A stretch of DNA of 64,000 nucleotides from an uncultured virus (IMG/VR IMGVR_UViG_3300013121_000030) (Duplodnaviria; Heunggongvirae; Uroviricota; Caudoviricetes). The stretch lies in IMG/VR virus record IMGVR_UViG_3300013121_000030, positions 32,001-96,000 of that record. One strand, 5' to 3'. Below are positions 30,538 through 40,239 of this stretch, piece by piece. A program made the translations under genes and the position numbers. The number at the start of each line of letters is the position of its first letter. The stretch's first letter is position 1. Under the pieces are notes generated by a model. That model was not told the origin of the DNA. It did no database searches and was given only the letters and a program-made list of their open reading frames with translations.

Positions 30538-31140
30538 ATGGGACGCTTCAAACAGGCGGACTCTGGCAACTGGCAGGCTCGCGCCAAGGACTTCAAGGTT
30601 GGTCAAGCAGTTCGACTGACCTACGGAGGGGACGCGGATGAGGGCCGCGTCGTGGCTGTTTTGCCCGCGATTGGGATGGTGGATGTCCAATTCCCCAACA
30701 CCAACTATCGCCTCCCCGTCGAGGACCTCCAAATTCGGAATCCCGACTTTGATCCCTTCATTGCCCCAACCCACGAGGAGATTCCTGGAGGAGTTGGGAG
30801 TGCAGCGTTGCTCCCTGAAGGAGCCACCCAACGGCCTGGAGAGCAAGTCCCTCCAGATATGTTGGTGAGGACAGCACAGACTGTGGCTGCACGGCATTTG
30901 CGCAAGAAGGCCCTCTACTGGGCAGACCTAGGCCGCAAGTATCGCTCAACACGGTCCGAATTTGAAAGTGGTCAGTTTACCTGCCCACGATGCGGGGAAA
31001 TCCTCAAGAAGACCGTATACAAGCGAGAGGACGGGCGCTCTGTGAAGCTTCGTGGGTGTCCGGGGTGCATGTTCCTGATTCGTGAGCAGGACATCCTGGT
31101 GGACCATTGTGCCCCCTCTCTCGCGGAGGAGGAAATCTGA
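30538..31140 (+). CDS. Hypothetical protein with an SH3-like N-terminus and a C-terminal zinc ribbon
   Basis: FKVGQAV...GRVVAV...VDVQF; CPRC...CPGC; SD GGAGG. Confidence 0.65.
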   Translation: MGRFKQADSGNWQARAKDFKVGQAVRLTYGGDADEGRVVAVLPAIGMVDVQFPNTNYRLPVEDLQIRNPDFDPFIAPTHEEIPGGVGSAALLPEGATQRPGEQVPPDMLVRTAQTVAARHLRKKALYWADLGRKYRSTRSEFESGQFTCPRCGEILKKTVYKREDGRSVKLRGCPGCMFLIREQDILVDHCAPSLAEEEI

Positions 31141-34016
31141 TGGCCTTCCGAAAACTTGCCAAGGCATATGTTTCACACCCCATCTTTGGGGCCGACAAGT
31201 GGCAGTCCTTCATTGACCACCACAAGCGCCAGCTCGTTCCCGCAGGAAAGGTAGCCTCCAAGACTGCCAACCTGGCAATGCAGGCGAGCGAGATTCTTGG
31301 AGAAGATTTTGATCCGGCCAATTATCTCCTGACGCACTGTACGATCGTAGCTTCCGTGGACGTGGAGGAAGCTCCCTCCACGATGACCAAGTTGGGTCGC
31401 ATCAAAGATCCTGAATCTGGGGAGATGATCACTCGGAAGTGGTCCAACTTCAGGATTGCCCCCCAAACAATCCCGTGGATCAATAACAACAACGATGCTT
31501 GGTCACGGCCAGTCCTGATGAAGTCCTACCGGACTTTCATTGGAGGACATAACTTCCAGGAACATGTCCAGATTGAAGCCCAGTCCAAGGGACGCATCAT
31601 CGATGCGGTAGCTCGGGATGTCGGGCCCTCCGTCTATACTGACATCCTTTTGGCGACGCATCGGAAGCACGCCCATCTCATCCAAGACATTGAGGGTGGG
31701 CGCCTGAACACGTTGTCAATGGGGTGTTCCGTAACCGAAACTCAGTGTAGCAAATGCGGAAATGTCGCCAAGGATGAGACGGAGTTTTGTTTCCCACCGG
31801 AAACCAGGGTCCTCTTGGCCAGTGGCAACTATATCCCCATTTCCGATATTCGAGAAGGGGAACAGGTGGTAACCCACCTGGGCAACCGGGGGACAGTTAC
31901 TCACACTTTCACTCGCCACTATAACGGCGAGGTTGTAAATATTGAGGTTGATGGTGTTCCTGTCCCTATTCAGGCAACTCCGAATCATCCGTTCCTCGTG
32001 ATGCGTCCTCGGACTCATTGTGAGTGTGGTTGTGGAGAAAGACTAGAGAAGACGGTCGAGCACAAACGGGGAAGCGCAAAGGCATTCTTCCGAAGGTTCA
32101 AACCCCACCACAGCACCAAAGTGCGCGACATTAACTCTTCTCAGGAATTTCCTGATTTCGAGTTCGTAGAAGCCGATGAAATTTCGGCGGGGGACTATCT
32201 CGTGTTCTCTGGCTACGGTGTCGTAGAGGACACTCAAGTTTCCGAAGAAAAAGCCGAACTTATTGGGCTGTTCTTGGCGGAGGGAAGTTTCATAAAAAGA
32301 GACGGAAAGCGCGTAGGGATTGAGTTTGCTTTTGGGTGGAACGAAGAAGATACTCTCGCTACCCATTGCGCCAACCTTTTGCGACAATCCTTCGGCACTA
32401 GAGAGCCGACTCTTCAATGGGAAGAGCTTATAACTCCTGAGGTCCTTCCGGTAAAACACCGGAGAGGGTGTGCGGAAGCATCGTGTCCACGATGTTGTGC
32501 TCCTTCCGAATACCAATACAATGCAGGAAAAGAGAGACATACTTGCAAGGTATGCCACCATACGTGGAAATCATCCTCAACAATGGGGACTGTTCGGACG
32601 TATCGTTCCTCAAATGAGGAAAAAGGAACGACACGGGTTCGTCTCATGGACTCTGTGGCGGCTAATTTCTTTTTTGAGTGGTGCGGAGAATATAGCCCGA
32701 CCAAACAACTAAACTCGAAGGCTGTGGCTTGGCCACACACACTTCAACACCGCATCTTGTCGGGTTGGTTCTCAGGGGATGGTACAAACATCGCACAGGG
32801 TGCGGTGGGTTGCACAACCTCACGGACTCTCGCGGATCAAATGCGCCTTTTGGCTACGCGATGCGGTGTTTATGCCCGACAGGAGATTGTCGTTGGACAA
32901 TCCACATTGAAGAGTAAGAAAGTTTCTTCGGGCCTCTCTGTTCAGGAGATCCTTGTACGCGATGAGTATGGCCTTCTTCCTTTACATCGTGTTGTAATCC
33001 CAAGTCCTCCTCCATGGTTGGGACCGAAATTTACGGCTTCTTCCCGGCCTACCCTCAAAGTTGAGGGGAATGAATACAAGAGGATCCGCGGAAGCTCCAT
33101 CTATCGCGTCCGTAAAACTTCACGAGTCCCTTATCATGGGGAAGTTTACAACTTCGAGGTCCAAGGAGATAATTCCTATGTGGTCGAAGGAGTAGCAGTC
33201 CACAACTGCCAGCATATCCGTTACGAGAAGGGGAACACGTTCTACGACGAGCGTGGGATGCCCAATAAGATCGCGGAGCTGTGTGGGCACGAGAGCATCG
33301 ACCCAACGGGCGGAGTCCAATTCATCGAAGCTTCATGGGTGGGAACACCTGCCTTTACTGGGGCGGTGATGCGGAATATTATCCAGCCCGAAGAAATCGA
33401 CACTGCGACATTCCAAAAAATCCTGAAGAGCAAGGCAACGGAACCCAATCCCAATGCCACCCCCAAGGCGGCCAACTTGAAGCGTCGTGCCGAAGACTTT
33501 GACTTCGATATGGGAGGAGAGGACGAGGCTCCTGCTCCCGACGAGGCGAAGAAGGAAGAGAAAGAAAAGGATCCTCTTCGTGAGGTCGAGGATGAACTGG
33601 AGCAAACGGTTGTAGATCGCGTCAAAAAGCGCATCCAGGATCGTCTTCAGAAGGAAGAACAGGCCAAGTCCTTGAAGCCTGAAGGTGAACTGGCGACCTC
33701 CAACGACTCCAATGTTTTCAAGGAAGCCTCCAGGAAGATCGCCTACCAGACCTCCTTGGACATCATGGCGCGTACTGCGGCTAGTGATGCAACACTAATT
33801 TCGCAAGTTGCGATGCTGAATCGTAGATTTGGAATCTATATTCCAAATCGCATCTATAGAGCTTCCTTGAAAGTTGGTCCGACTTCCAAGTACGGCTCCC
33901 TCCAGAACTACCTCCGGTCCTGCCAGAGAGTTCTGGGTTCGATCACTCCCCAGGAGGCGACGACACTTGTTCGTCTCGGGCACCTCCTAAACAAGCGGAA
34001 AAGAACGGTATCCTAA
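31140..34016 (+). CDS. Prohead maturation protease (intein-containing)
   Basis: Between portal and scaffold; catalytic-type FQEH, LSMGC, FIEASWVGTPAF; CSKC...C-x-H zinc site interrupted by the intein; SD GGAGGA. Confidence 0.8.
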   Translation: MAFRKLAKAYVSHPIFGADKWQSFIDHHKRQLVPAGKVASKTANLAMQASEILGEDFDPANYLLTHCTIVASVDVEEAPSTMTKLGRIKDPESGEMITRKWSNFRIAPQTIPWINNNNDAWSRPVLMKSYRTFIGGHNFQEHVQIEAQSKGRIIDAVARDVGPSVYTDILLATHRKHAHLIQDIEGGRLNTLSMGCSVTETQCSKCGNVAKDETEFCFPPETRVLLASGNYIPISDIREGEQVVTHLGNRGTVTHTFTRHYNGEVVNIEVDGVPVPIQATPNHPFLVMRPRTHCECGCGERLEKTVEHKRGSAKAFFRRFKPHHSTKVRDINSSQEFPDFEFVEADEISAGDYLVFSGYGVVEDTQVSEEKAELIGLFLAEGSFIKRDGKRVGIEFAFGWNEEDTLATHCANLLRQSFGTREPTLQWEELITPEVLPVKHRRGCAEASCPRCCAPSEYQYNAGKERHTCKVCHHTWKSSSTMGTVRTYRSSNEEKGTTRVRLMDSVAANFFFEWCGEYSPTKQLNSKAVAWPHTLQHRILSGWFSGDGTNIAQGAVGCTTSRTLADQMRLLATRCGVYARQEIVVGQSTLKSKKVSSGLSVQEILVRDEYGLLPLHRVVIPSPPPWLGPKFTASSRPTLKVEGNEYKRIRGSSIYRVRKTSRVPYHGEVYNFEVQGDNSYVVEGVAVHNCQHIRYEKGNTFYDERGMPNKIAELCGHESIDPTGGVQFIEASWVGTPAFTGAVMRNIIQPEEIDTATFQKILKSKATEPNPNATPKAANLKRRAEDFDFDMGGEDEAPAPDEAKKEEKEKDPLREVEDELEQTVVDRVKKRIQDRLQKEEQAKSLKPEGELATSNDSNVFKEASRKIAYQTSLDIMARTAASDATLISQVAMLNRRFGIYIPNRIYRASLKVGPTSKYGSLQNYLRSCQRVLGSITPQEATTLVRLGHLLNKRKRTVS
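31788..33206 (+). mobile_element. Intein (473 aa) with a LAGLIDADG homing endonuclease
   Basis: Starts CFPPETRV; block B ATPNHPF; LIGLFLAEG and LSGWFSGDG; block F/G VYNFEV...VAVHN followed by Cys. Confidence 0.93.
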
Positions 34017-34033
34017 AGATCAGAGGAGAACCC

Positions 34034-36304
34034 ATGGCACGTCAGCGCACAACCTGGAAACGATACGCATCCCCTCCCCCCCAGATGCCGGCAGTCGGCG
34101 TCACGGAAGATCCTGGCCACCCGGCGTACTACCCGGACCCTGAGGCCGACAAGTATAGGACGGGGGATACCTCGTCATGGGCGGAGGATCCCCATCCGGG
34201 TCCGTACGCCACTCCCGGGTCTGTTCCTCCAGCAATGCCCGGTAATCTTGTCACAGAGGACGTCCAGCATCCCGCATTTGTTTTGAAGCAGGCAGCCCTT
34301 CATCGGGTGGCCCAACAGCGTGCGAGGATTTGCGTTCGCATTGCCTCGCTTTTGCTTCCTCCGTCAGCCTCAGAGGCTGCGATTGAGAAGCGTGCTGACA
34401 GCCTCATGGACTTCCACACCGCAGACCTTCGCAATATGTTGGCAGGCCTGATTCAGGCCAAGAAGGCTGAGGACGACTCAGAGGAGGAGGATGTGGAGGA
34501 CGACGAGGACGAAGAAATTGAAGAGGAGGAAGAGGAAGAGGAGATGACAGCCAAGAAGAAGGCTGCCCTCCGTCGTCTTGCTCTCCTCCGCAAGGCCAAG
34601 AAGGCTGAGGACGACTCAGAGGAGGAGGAGGAAGACAAGGAGGAGGATGAGATGACAGCCAAGAAGAAGGCTGCTCTCCGTCGCCTTGCTCTCCTCCGCA
34701 AGGCCAAGAAGGCTGAGGACGACTCAGAGGAGGAGGAGATCGAGGAGGACGATGACGAAGAGGAAGAGGAGATGACAGCCAAGAAGAAGGCTGCCCTCCG
34801 CCGTCTTGCTCTCCTTCGCAAAGCCAAGAAGGCTGAGGACGACTCAGAGGACGTCGAGGCTGAAGATGAGGAAGAGAAGTCCGCCAAGAAGAAAGCCAAG
34901 AAGGCTGCCCTCCGCCGCAAGGCGGAGGAGATGATGATGGAGGACGATGAGGACATCCTCGCCAATGTGAAGAGGGATTGCTCTCCCTCTTCCAATAAGC
35001 CTTATGGGGATCGGGACTCGACATCCAAGGCTTATCGAGAACTCTACGATGAGTGCTATGCCGACTTCAAGACAGCCTCCCCCAAGCTTTCCAAGAAGGC
35101 TGAGGACGACTCAGAGGACGTCGAGGCTGAAGACGAGGACAAGGAGGCCAAGAAGGCAGCTTCCTTGCTCTTCAAGCACTTGAAGCGTCTCGCTGCGGAA
35201 GAGGAGAAAGAGGAAGAGGACAAGGAAGCCAAGAAGAAGGCTGCCCTCCGCCGTAAGGCTGAGGAGGATGCTGAGATTGAGGAGGAGACCACAGCCAAGA
35301 AGAAGGCTGCTCTTCGCCACAAGGCAAAGCTGGCAATCTTGAAGGCAGCTTCTCGTAAAAAGAAGGCTGCGGAGCAGCTCCGAGAGCGCAAGGCCAGCCT
35401 CGCCTACCTCAAGAAGGTCTTGAAGACTGCAGCCGGTCGCAAGCGCGCTTCGGATTTCTTCGGCATGGACACCGATGAAATCAAGGCATGCATGTGCGCG
35501 GAGGAAGAGGATCTCAAGGCGTGCGAGATGGAGGCAGAGGATTTGGATGGTGACGGTGTCGACCAGGACCGCAACGACTACTCCACCTCGGCCTATCCTC
35601 AAAAGAATGTTGGCATTGCCGCATCCGAGGAAGACATCACCGCAGATTTGGACATGATGGCGGACGAAGACCCGACTGCCTTCATGGACGAGGATGAGGA
35701 AATTCTTCTGATTGACGATGATGACGACGACATCATGGTCGAAGAGATTGAGGATGAGGATCCGACTGACTTCGATTTTGAAGACCCCACTGACTTTGAA
35801 GTCGAGGACGATCTCGATATTATGGCGGGGGACACAGAGGTCGAGGCAGAGGATGACGACTCTGAGCTAATGGCCATGTTGCGCAGCATGGCTGCCTCTG
35901 ATGAAGGGGAAGAGAGCGAAGAGGAAGAGACTGCGGCAAAGAAGGCATCTGAGGAGTCGGATGCAGTCGAGCCACACTTCCCCACTCCCTGGAGCGGGGA
36001 AGGAGGGAATGTCAATCCTCCGAAGTCCCCGGTGACTCCTCAGGTAGCTCAGTCCCTGAAGCAAGCCAGCGTGGATCCAATGGGGATGATGGATGCTGCG
36101 GATGAGGAGTTGGCCATGCTGTTTGGCGGGGCCGCTCCCAAGGCCAAGAAGGCAGGTCTTCGTCCTCAGCCCAAGACTGCTTCTGCGGCCAAGTCCCCAA
36201 AGGCCCTAGGGCAGGTCACTCGCCAGGCTTCTGGCGGGAACCCGGATGACATTTCGATGCTGTCCAAGCTTTGGGACCAGATGCCTGACGTCTCGAAGGT
36301 CTGA
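34034..36304 (+). CDS. Capsid scaffolding/core protein (very acidic, repetitive)
   Basis: Between the protease and capsid genes; D/E tracts alternating with KKKAALRR; SD GAGGAG. Confidence 0.7.
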   Translation: MARQRTTWKRYASPPPQMPAVGVTEDPGHPAYYPDPEADKYRTGDTSSWAEDPHPGPYATPGSVPPAMPGNLVTEDVQHPAFVLKQAALHRVAQQRARICVRIASLLLPPSASEAAIEKRADSLMDFHTADLRNMLAGLIQAKKAEDDSEEEDVEDDEDEEIEEEEEEEEMTAKKKAALRRLALLRKAKKAEDDSEEEEEDKEEDEMTAKKKAALRRLALLRKAKKAEDDSEEEEIEEDDDEEEEEMTAKKKAALRRLALLRKAKKAEDDSEDVEAEDEEEKSAKKKAKKAALRRKAEEMMMEDDEDILANVKRDCSPSSNKPYGDRDSTSKAYRELYDECYADFKTASPKLSKKAEDDSEDVEAEDEDKEAKKAASLLFKHLKRLAAEEEKEEEDKEAKKKAALRRKAEEDAEIEEETTAKKKAALRHKAKLAILKAASRKKKAAEQLRERKASLAYLKKVLKTAAGRKRASDFFGMDTDEIKACMCAEEEDLKACEMEAEDLDGDGVDQDRNDYSTSAYPQKNVGIAASEEDITADLDMMADEDPTAFMDEDEEILLIDDDDDDIMVEEIEDEDPTDFDFEDPTDFEVEDDLDIMAGDTEVEAEDDDSELMAMLRSMAASDEGEESEEEETAAKKASEESDAVEPHFPTPWSGEGGNVNPPKSPVTPQVAQSLKQASVDPMGMMDAADEELAMLFGGAAPKAKKAGLRPQPKTASAAKSPKALGQVTRQASGGNPDDISMLSKLWDQMPDVSKV
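34455..34920 (+). repeat. Coding tandem repeats (KAKKAEDDSE-acidic-MTAKKKAALRRLALLR)
   Basis: Three near-identical copies plus partial copies, differing in acidic tract length. Confidence 0.85.
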
Positions 36305-36315
36305 TCACTCTTCAG

Positions 36316-36354
36316 AAAAAAGAGCCGGGGGATGCGTCTCCCGGCTCTTTTTTT
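36316..36354 (+). terminator. Rho-independent terminator (bidirectional type)
   Basis: A-tract, gagccggg/cccggctc stem and T7 tract just after the scaffold stop. Confidence 0.85.
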
Positions 36355-36476
36355 GTTCTCGCACTAAATATTTAGTGCATGTGGCGAAACATTATTCAGA
36401 AGAGACCTACTCGTAGAAATCATTCTCCGGGGGGATCTCCAAACGGCACCCTCTTGTACACAAGGAGCTTCAGCCC

Positions 36477-37136
36477 ATGGCAGAGCTTGGACAGGCGAGC
36501 GGTGGTTGGACCGAAAGTTCCTCAGCCCTCCGTATTTTGGAAGTAGGCGTGAGGAACACCCTCGGGATTGCAACGACTGACGCTTTTACGCAAACCAATC
36601 CCCCAATCGTCACCACGGCGATCACAATCTCAACCCAGGTCAACACTCGTGCCTTTGGCGTCCTTTCGGGGTCCGTCATTTTCGCACGACGTGACCAGGG
36701 GTCCAACTACATCGGTGGCCCGGTCGAGCCGGGTGCCCCCAACAACATTCTGATCCGTCCGCTGGGCGTCCTGATCAACAACGCGGCAGGCAATGCGTTT
36801 GAGAACCAGCCAGCAGTTGCTTCAGGTCGAATCCCCTACGTCAGCGGCCAGGGCGTTTATGGTAACCGTCTCTTTGAGACCCAGGCGCTCGCTGCGGCGG
36901 CTCCCCTGGCTCAGGGTGACCAGATCATCTACTCCACGGGCCAGGAACTGATTGCTTCGCGCAATGGTTACCTCCAGATGCGAGTCACCACTCAGACGGG
37001 TGCTGCGGTATCGTTGGATATTGCCACCATCGCATCTGAAGTTGCCAACGGTGCAGCTGCTTCAACAACCATTGGCATTCTCAAGATGCCACCCGACTCC
37101 ACCATGTACGAGCTGATCTACGACCAGCGGATCTAA
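36477..37136 (+). CDS. Head decoration/minor capsid protein
   Basis: Directly upstream of the MCP; beta-rich; PLGVL...ASGRIPY...LIASRNGYL; SD AGGAG. Confidence 0.6.
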   Translation: MAELGQASGGWTESSSALRILEVGVRNTLGIATTDAFTQTNPPIVTTAITISTQVNTRAFGVLSGSVIFARRDQGSNYIGGPVEPGAPNNILIRPLGVLINNAAGNAFENQPAVASGRIPYVSGQGVYGNRLFETQALAAAAPLAQGDQIIYSTGQELIASRNGYLQMRVTTQTGAAVSLDIATIASEVANGAAASTTIGILKMPPDSTMYELIYDQRI

Positions 37137-37154
37137 GAAAGGAGGAAGACTACC

Positions 37155-38033
37155 ATGTCAAACACTAACGTGGATAACGCGGTCAAGCAACAGATCATCT
37201 CCAAGTACATCTTCACGCAGGAGGGGCGCAACAAGATTGCGGCATCGCTCACGATGCCGCTTCGGTCGCGCCGCGACTACACCTCGGTGGGTCGTCGTGC
37301 CTTCCTTGTGGAGCAATTGCCAGATGGGGCACTCGCCATTTACGATAAGGACCCGGATGTTACGGCCTTCGTAATTGGTGAAGAAGGGGACAGCGTTTCC
37401 GCTGTGGTCAAGCCACGGCGTGTGACGGTGCCACTCTTCGAGATCGCTTCGCTTCCTCAGATCCCGCTCACGCAGATCAAGGAGCGTCGCTTCGACCTCA
37501 TCGAGCGTGCTCAGGACCTTGCTCGCGCCCAAATCCAGGCTGCCGAAGACGAGCGCGTCTTCGCTGTTCTGGACGCGGTTGCGGTCAACGGTTTTGACTC
37601 GCTTCCCCCCATCAACCCCGACATTCCGGTGGTCGCCCCGATTTCGGCAGCCGTCCTTGGTGACGCCTTCGCCTCGATCGAGCGCCACGACCTCCGCGTC
37701 AATCGCATTTTCATGAATGCGATCGACTACGCGGACCTTCGGAAGTTCGGCCGAGACATCCTGGACATTGAGTCCCAGGCTGTCCTGCTCAAGTCGGGCA
37801 TCATGGCAAACCTTTGGGGCGCGCAGATCATCACTTCGCGCCAAGTCCCCGCTGGCATCGTTTACATCGTAACCGAGCCGGAAATGCTGGGCCGTATTCC
37901 GGTTCGCACCGAACTTACGGTTCTCAGCGCGGACGACCCCAAGGCCCGCATGATCGGCTTCTCGTGCTTCGAGAACCTGGGAATCATGTGCCACAATCCG
38001 CGTGGTCTGGTTCGCCTTCTGGTCACCAGATAA
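37155..38033 (+). CDS. Major capsid protein (HK97 fold)
   Basis: Strong SD AGGAGG; biased codon usage; RRVTVPLFEIAS.PQI, AAEDERVF, LWGAQIITS, NPRGL; resembles Bxz1-like/encapsulin-like capsids as I recall them (not searched). Confidence 0.85.
   Translation: MSNTNVDNAVKQQIISKYIFTQEGRNKIAASLTMPLRSRRDYTSVGRRAFLVEQLPDGALAIYDKDPDVTAFVIGEEGDSVSAVVKPRRVTVPLFEIASLPQIPLTQIKERRFDLIERAQDLARAQIQAAEDERVFAVLDAVAVNGFDSLPPINPDIPVVAPISAAVLGDAFASIERHDLRVNRIFMNAIDYADLRKFGRDILDIESQAVLLKSGIMANLWGAQIITSRQVPAGIVYIVTEPEMLGRIPVRTELTVLSADDPKARMIGFSCFENLGIMCHNPRGLVRLLVTR
37993..38026 (+). repeat. 34-bp direct repeat, copy 1 (MCP 3' end)
   Basis: acaatccgcgtggtctggttcgccttctggtcac, identical to 41047-41080. Confidence 0.95.
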
Positions 38034-38060
38034 GCCACTGAAGCCCTCCTAGTGGGCTTC

Positions 38061-38101
38061 CAAGAGGGTCAGCAAGTTTCCTTGCTGACCCTCTTGATTT
38101 T
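38061..38101 (+). terminator. Terminator hairpin after the MCP
   Basis: 16-bp perfect stem caagagggtcagcaag/cttgctgaccctcttg followed by atttt; smaller hairpin at 38040-38060. Confidence 0.8.
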
Positions 38102-38130
38102 GAAAAACCCGATGGTGTAAATACTCGAAC

Positions 38131-40239
38131 ATGAGTGTGGTGAGGAAGTGTCTTCAGTGTCGGGAAGAATTTCGTTTGGAGTCGGGTGAGGTCAACGTAC
38201 GATGCAGGGAGTGTCGGGAGCTTCGCCGACAGAAGGTCTGTCAAAAGTGCTCGGCAGCGTACAAGGATGATTCCGCCAAGAACACTCGGAGATACTGCCC
38301 AGCTTGCACACAAGTACCTCCGCGTGATGGGGGCAGGACTAGAGAGTTGGAGCGAAGGCGTCAAGGCCCACAGGGTAGGATTGACGAGCTGTTTTCAATA
38401 AAAAAGGGGACTCCGACATGGTGGGGCCGCGTTGGGGATTTGCTTTACCTCCAGTTGTTCCCGGGGGCCCTGGACGCCAATCTGGAATACGGCAACAAGT
38501 CTCCCTTCGACCTTGAGTCCAAGGAGCATGGGCGCGTCAACGCAAAAACGGCCAAGTGTCGTCGGTCTCGCCACGGTATCCCAATGTGGCAGTTTCTCTT
38601 GGAAGGGAGAGGAAATTGCGACACGTTCTTTTTGGTCGGATTTGACTCTGACCAGCGACATGTCGTTCACGCTTGGATTGCCCCAGCATCCTCTCTGCCT
38701 CGATCGCTCAAGAGGATGAGCCCTGAGTCGAAGGAATACGATGGCAGGGCCTACGAGGTGGGGGAGGATGTTGTTCGGGTCTTGGATCGCAAGTTCCAGT
38801 CCCTTTTGGACGTGGAGGAGGTGGGCCCTTCTCTACGCAAGAGGCGATACGATCGTGGGATTTTGGGGAATCTTGGTGAGAAGCTCTACGCTCACCAGTT
38901 CCCGAACTCCACACACATTTCCTCTGCCATCTCCAATGCGACGTGGGACTTCACAGACATCGATGGCACCACAGTGAATGTTCGGATCCGAAGGCCCGCT
39001 CAAGATCGCAAGAGGTGGACATTTTTGAGGTCTGGGGCCTCCACCGCAGATGTCTATCACTTCTATGGCCTGGATCCTCGGGGATTGGAGGTTTTGGCAG
39101 CATATCGAGTCCCGACACCTGAGATGCCTACGAAGGGATTTTCAGTCCCTCTCGAAGGGCCCTCCAAATGGGACCGCTTTCGAGTGGGGGATTGGCCCCA
39201 GGGCGTTTCCAGTTTTGTGGATAATACAGATTCCGTGTTTTTGGACATCACATCTCTTCGGGGAGAAACTGTGGCTGCGATGTCTTCTGAGGAAGTCGAG
39301 CTTCTCCTCCAGAGGGCCCTGAAGTTCTTCCGAGGGGAAGGGTTCCCGTTCCCGTCGCCGCTGGATGAGGACCAGTTGAGGGATGCCCTGGAGAAGGTTC
39401 GACGGTTCTCTCCACGTGGGGATTTCATGCCACCGGATGCGTCTGGGGTCTCTATCTGCGATGCGTACCAGCCTGGGCGATTCCACACCAAGAACTGTGC
39501 GGCGGACCACTCTGCCTTCTCAGCCTTCCATGATGATCAGCGGCTCTTGAGAGCACTTCGATTTTGTCTCCAAGGCGCTTCGCCGCGGATGACTTCGGAT
39601 CGGGTGCGGTCAGCATTGACGGCACTCAATCGGACTCCATCCCATTTCCGTCCCACAGTTGCATTTGCTCTTTGCAGGCATTACTTGCCTGACGGAGGGA
39701 CCGTTTTTGATCCGTGTGCTGGATGGGGCGGACGTCTCGTAGGGGCGTTGGCGGCTAGGTGTTCGTATGTGGGGGTGGAACCTGTGGAGTCGACAGTGGA
39801 TGGGCTGCACAAGATTGCCTCCAGGTTGAGAGAGGCCCGCGTTGGGGGAGGCGTGACCATACTTCACTCCACCATTGAGGAGGCTGATTTGGTGGGGGTT
39901 ACCGCAGACTTTGCCTTGACGTCTCCGCCTTATGTGGATCAGGAATCCTACGAAGGATTGGAGTGGTCGGAATATGCGGCCTGGAGATCAGGGTTTCTCC
40001 CATTGATGTTTGAGCGGGTGGAGGAGGTTCTTCGTCCTGGGGGACGATTTGCCGTCAACATCGCCGATGTTCGGCGTGGGAGTAAGACTCTGGCACTCAC
40101 GAGGGATGTTCGAGAGACTGCGGGACGTTTGGGGTGGGTTGAAGAAGGGGGATGGAGGATGGAGCTGGGGTCGTTTGGAGGGCGCCGAAAGGATGAGCCC
40201 ATCCTTGTCTTCAAACGGGTAACAAGCAGATGGGCATGA
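38131..40239 (+). CDS. Zinc ribbon + two restriction-endonuclease-like domains + amino (N4C/N6A) DNA methyltransferase
   Basis: Four N-terminal CxxC pairs; two homologous G.G..LY...D...VN.K/R...W.F...D.F/Y...G.D units; motif I FDPCAGWGG; motif IV TSPPY. Confidence 0.8.
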   Translation: MSVVRKCLQCREEFRLESGEVNVRCRECRELRRQKVCQKCSAAYKDDSAKNTRRYCPACTQVPPRDGGRTRELERRRQGPQGRIDELFSIKKGTPTWWGRVGDLLYLQLFPGALDANLEYGNKSPFDLESKEHGRVNAKTAKCRRSRHGIPMWQFLLEGRGNCDTFFLVGFDSDQRHVVHAWIAPASSLPRSLKRMSPESKEYDGRAYEVGEDVVRVLDRKFQSLLDVEEVGPSLRKRRYDRGILGNLGEKLYAHQFPNSTHISSAISNATWDFTDIDGTTVNVRIRRPAQDRKRWTFLRSGASTADVYHFYGLDPRGLEVLAAYRVPTPEMPTKGFSVPLEGPSKWDRFRVGDWPQGVSSFVDNTDSVFLDITSLRGETVAAMSSEEVELLLQRALKFFRGEGFPFPSPLDEDQLRDALEKVRRFSPRGDFMPPDASGVSICDAYQPGRFHTKNCAADHSAFSAFHDDQRLLRALRFCLQGASPRMTSDRVRSALTALNRTPSHFRPTVAFALCRHYLPDGGTVFDPCAGWGGRLVGALAARCSYVGVEPVESTVDGLHKIASRLREARVGGGVTILHSTIEEADLVGVTADFALTSPPYVDQESYEGLEWSEYAAWRSGFLPLMFERVEEVLRPGGRFAVNIADVRRGSKTLALTRDVRETAGRLGWVEEGGWRMELGSFGGRRKDEPILVFKRVTSRWA

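Noticed and set aside
34455-34920. Regularly spaced repeats with variable intervening sequence, superficially CRISPR-like
   Set aside because: In-frame coding repeats; the intervening parts are low-complexity Asp/Glu codons, not unique spacers
2400-36470. A shared late-promoter motif upstream of structural genes
   Set aside because: Candidate AT-rich stretches (near 2405, 12850, 30020, 36390) gave no consensus I could support by eye
37158-37994. Long antisense ORF over the MCP (likewise 59952..61058, 3540..4454, 6283..7161, 12801..13856)
   Set aside because: Shadow ORFs expected from codon bias on the opposite strand of well-supported genes; no motifs
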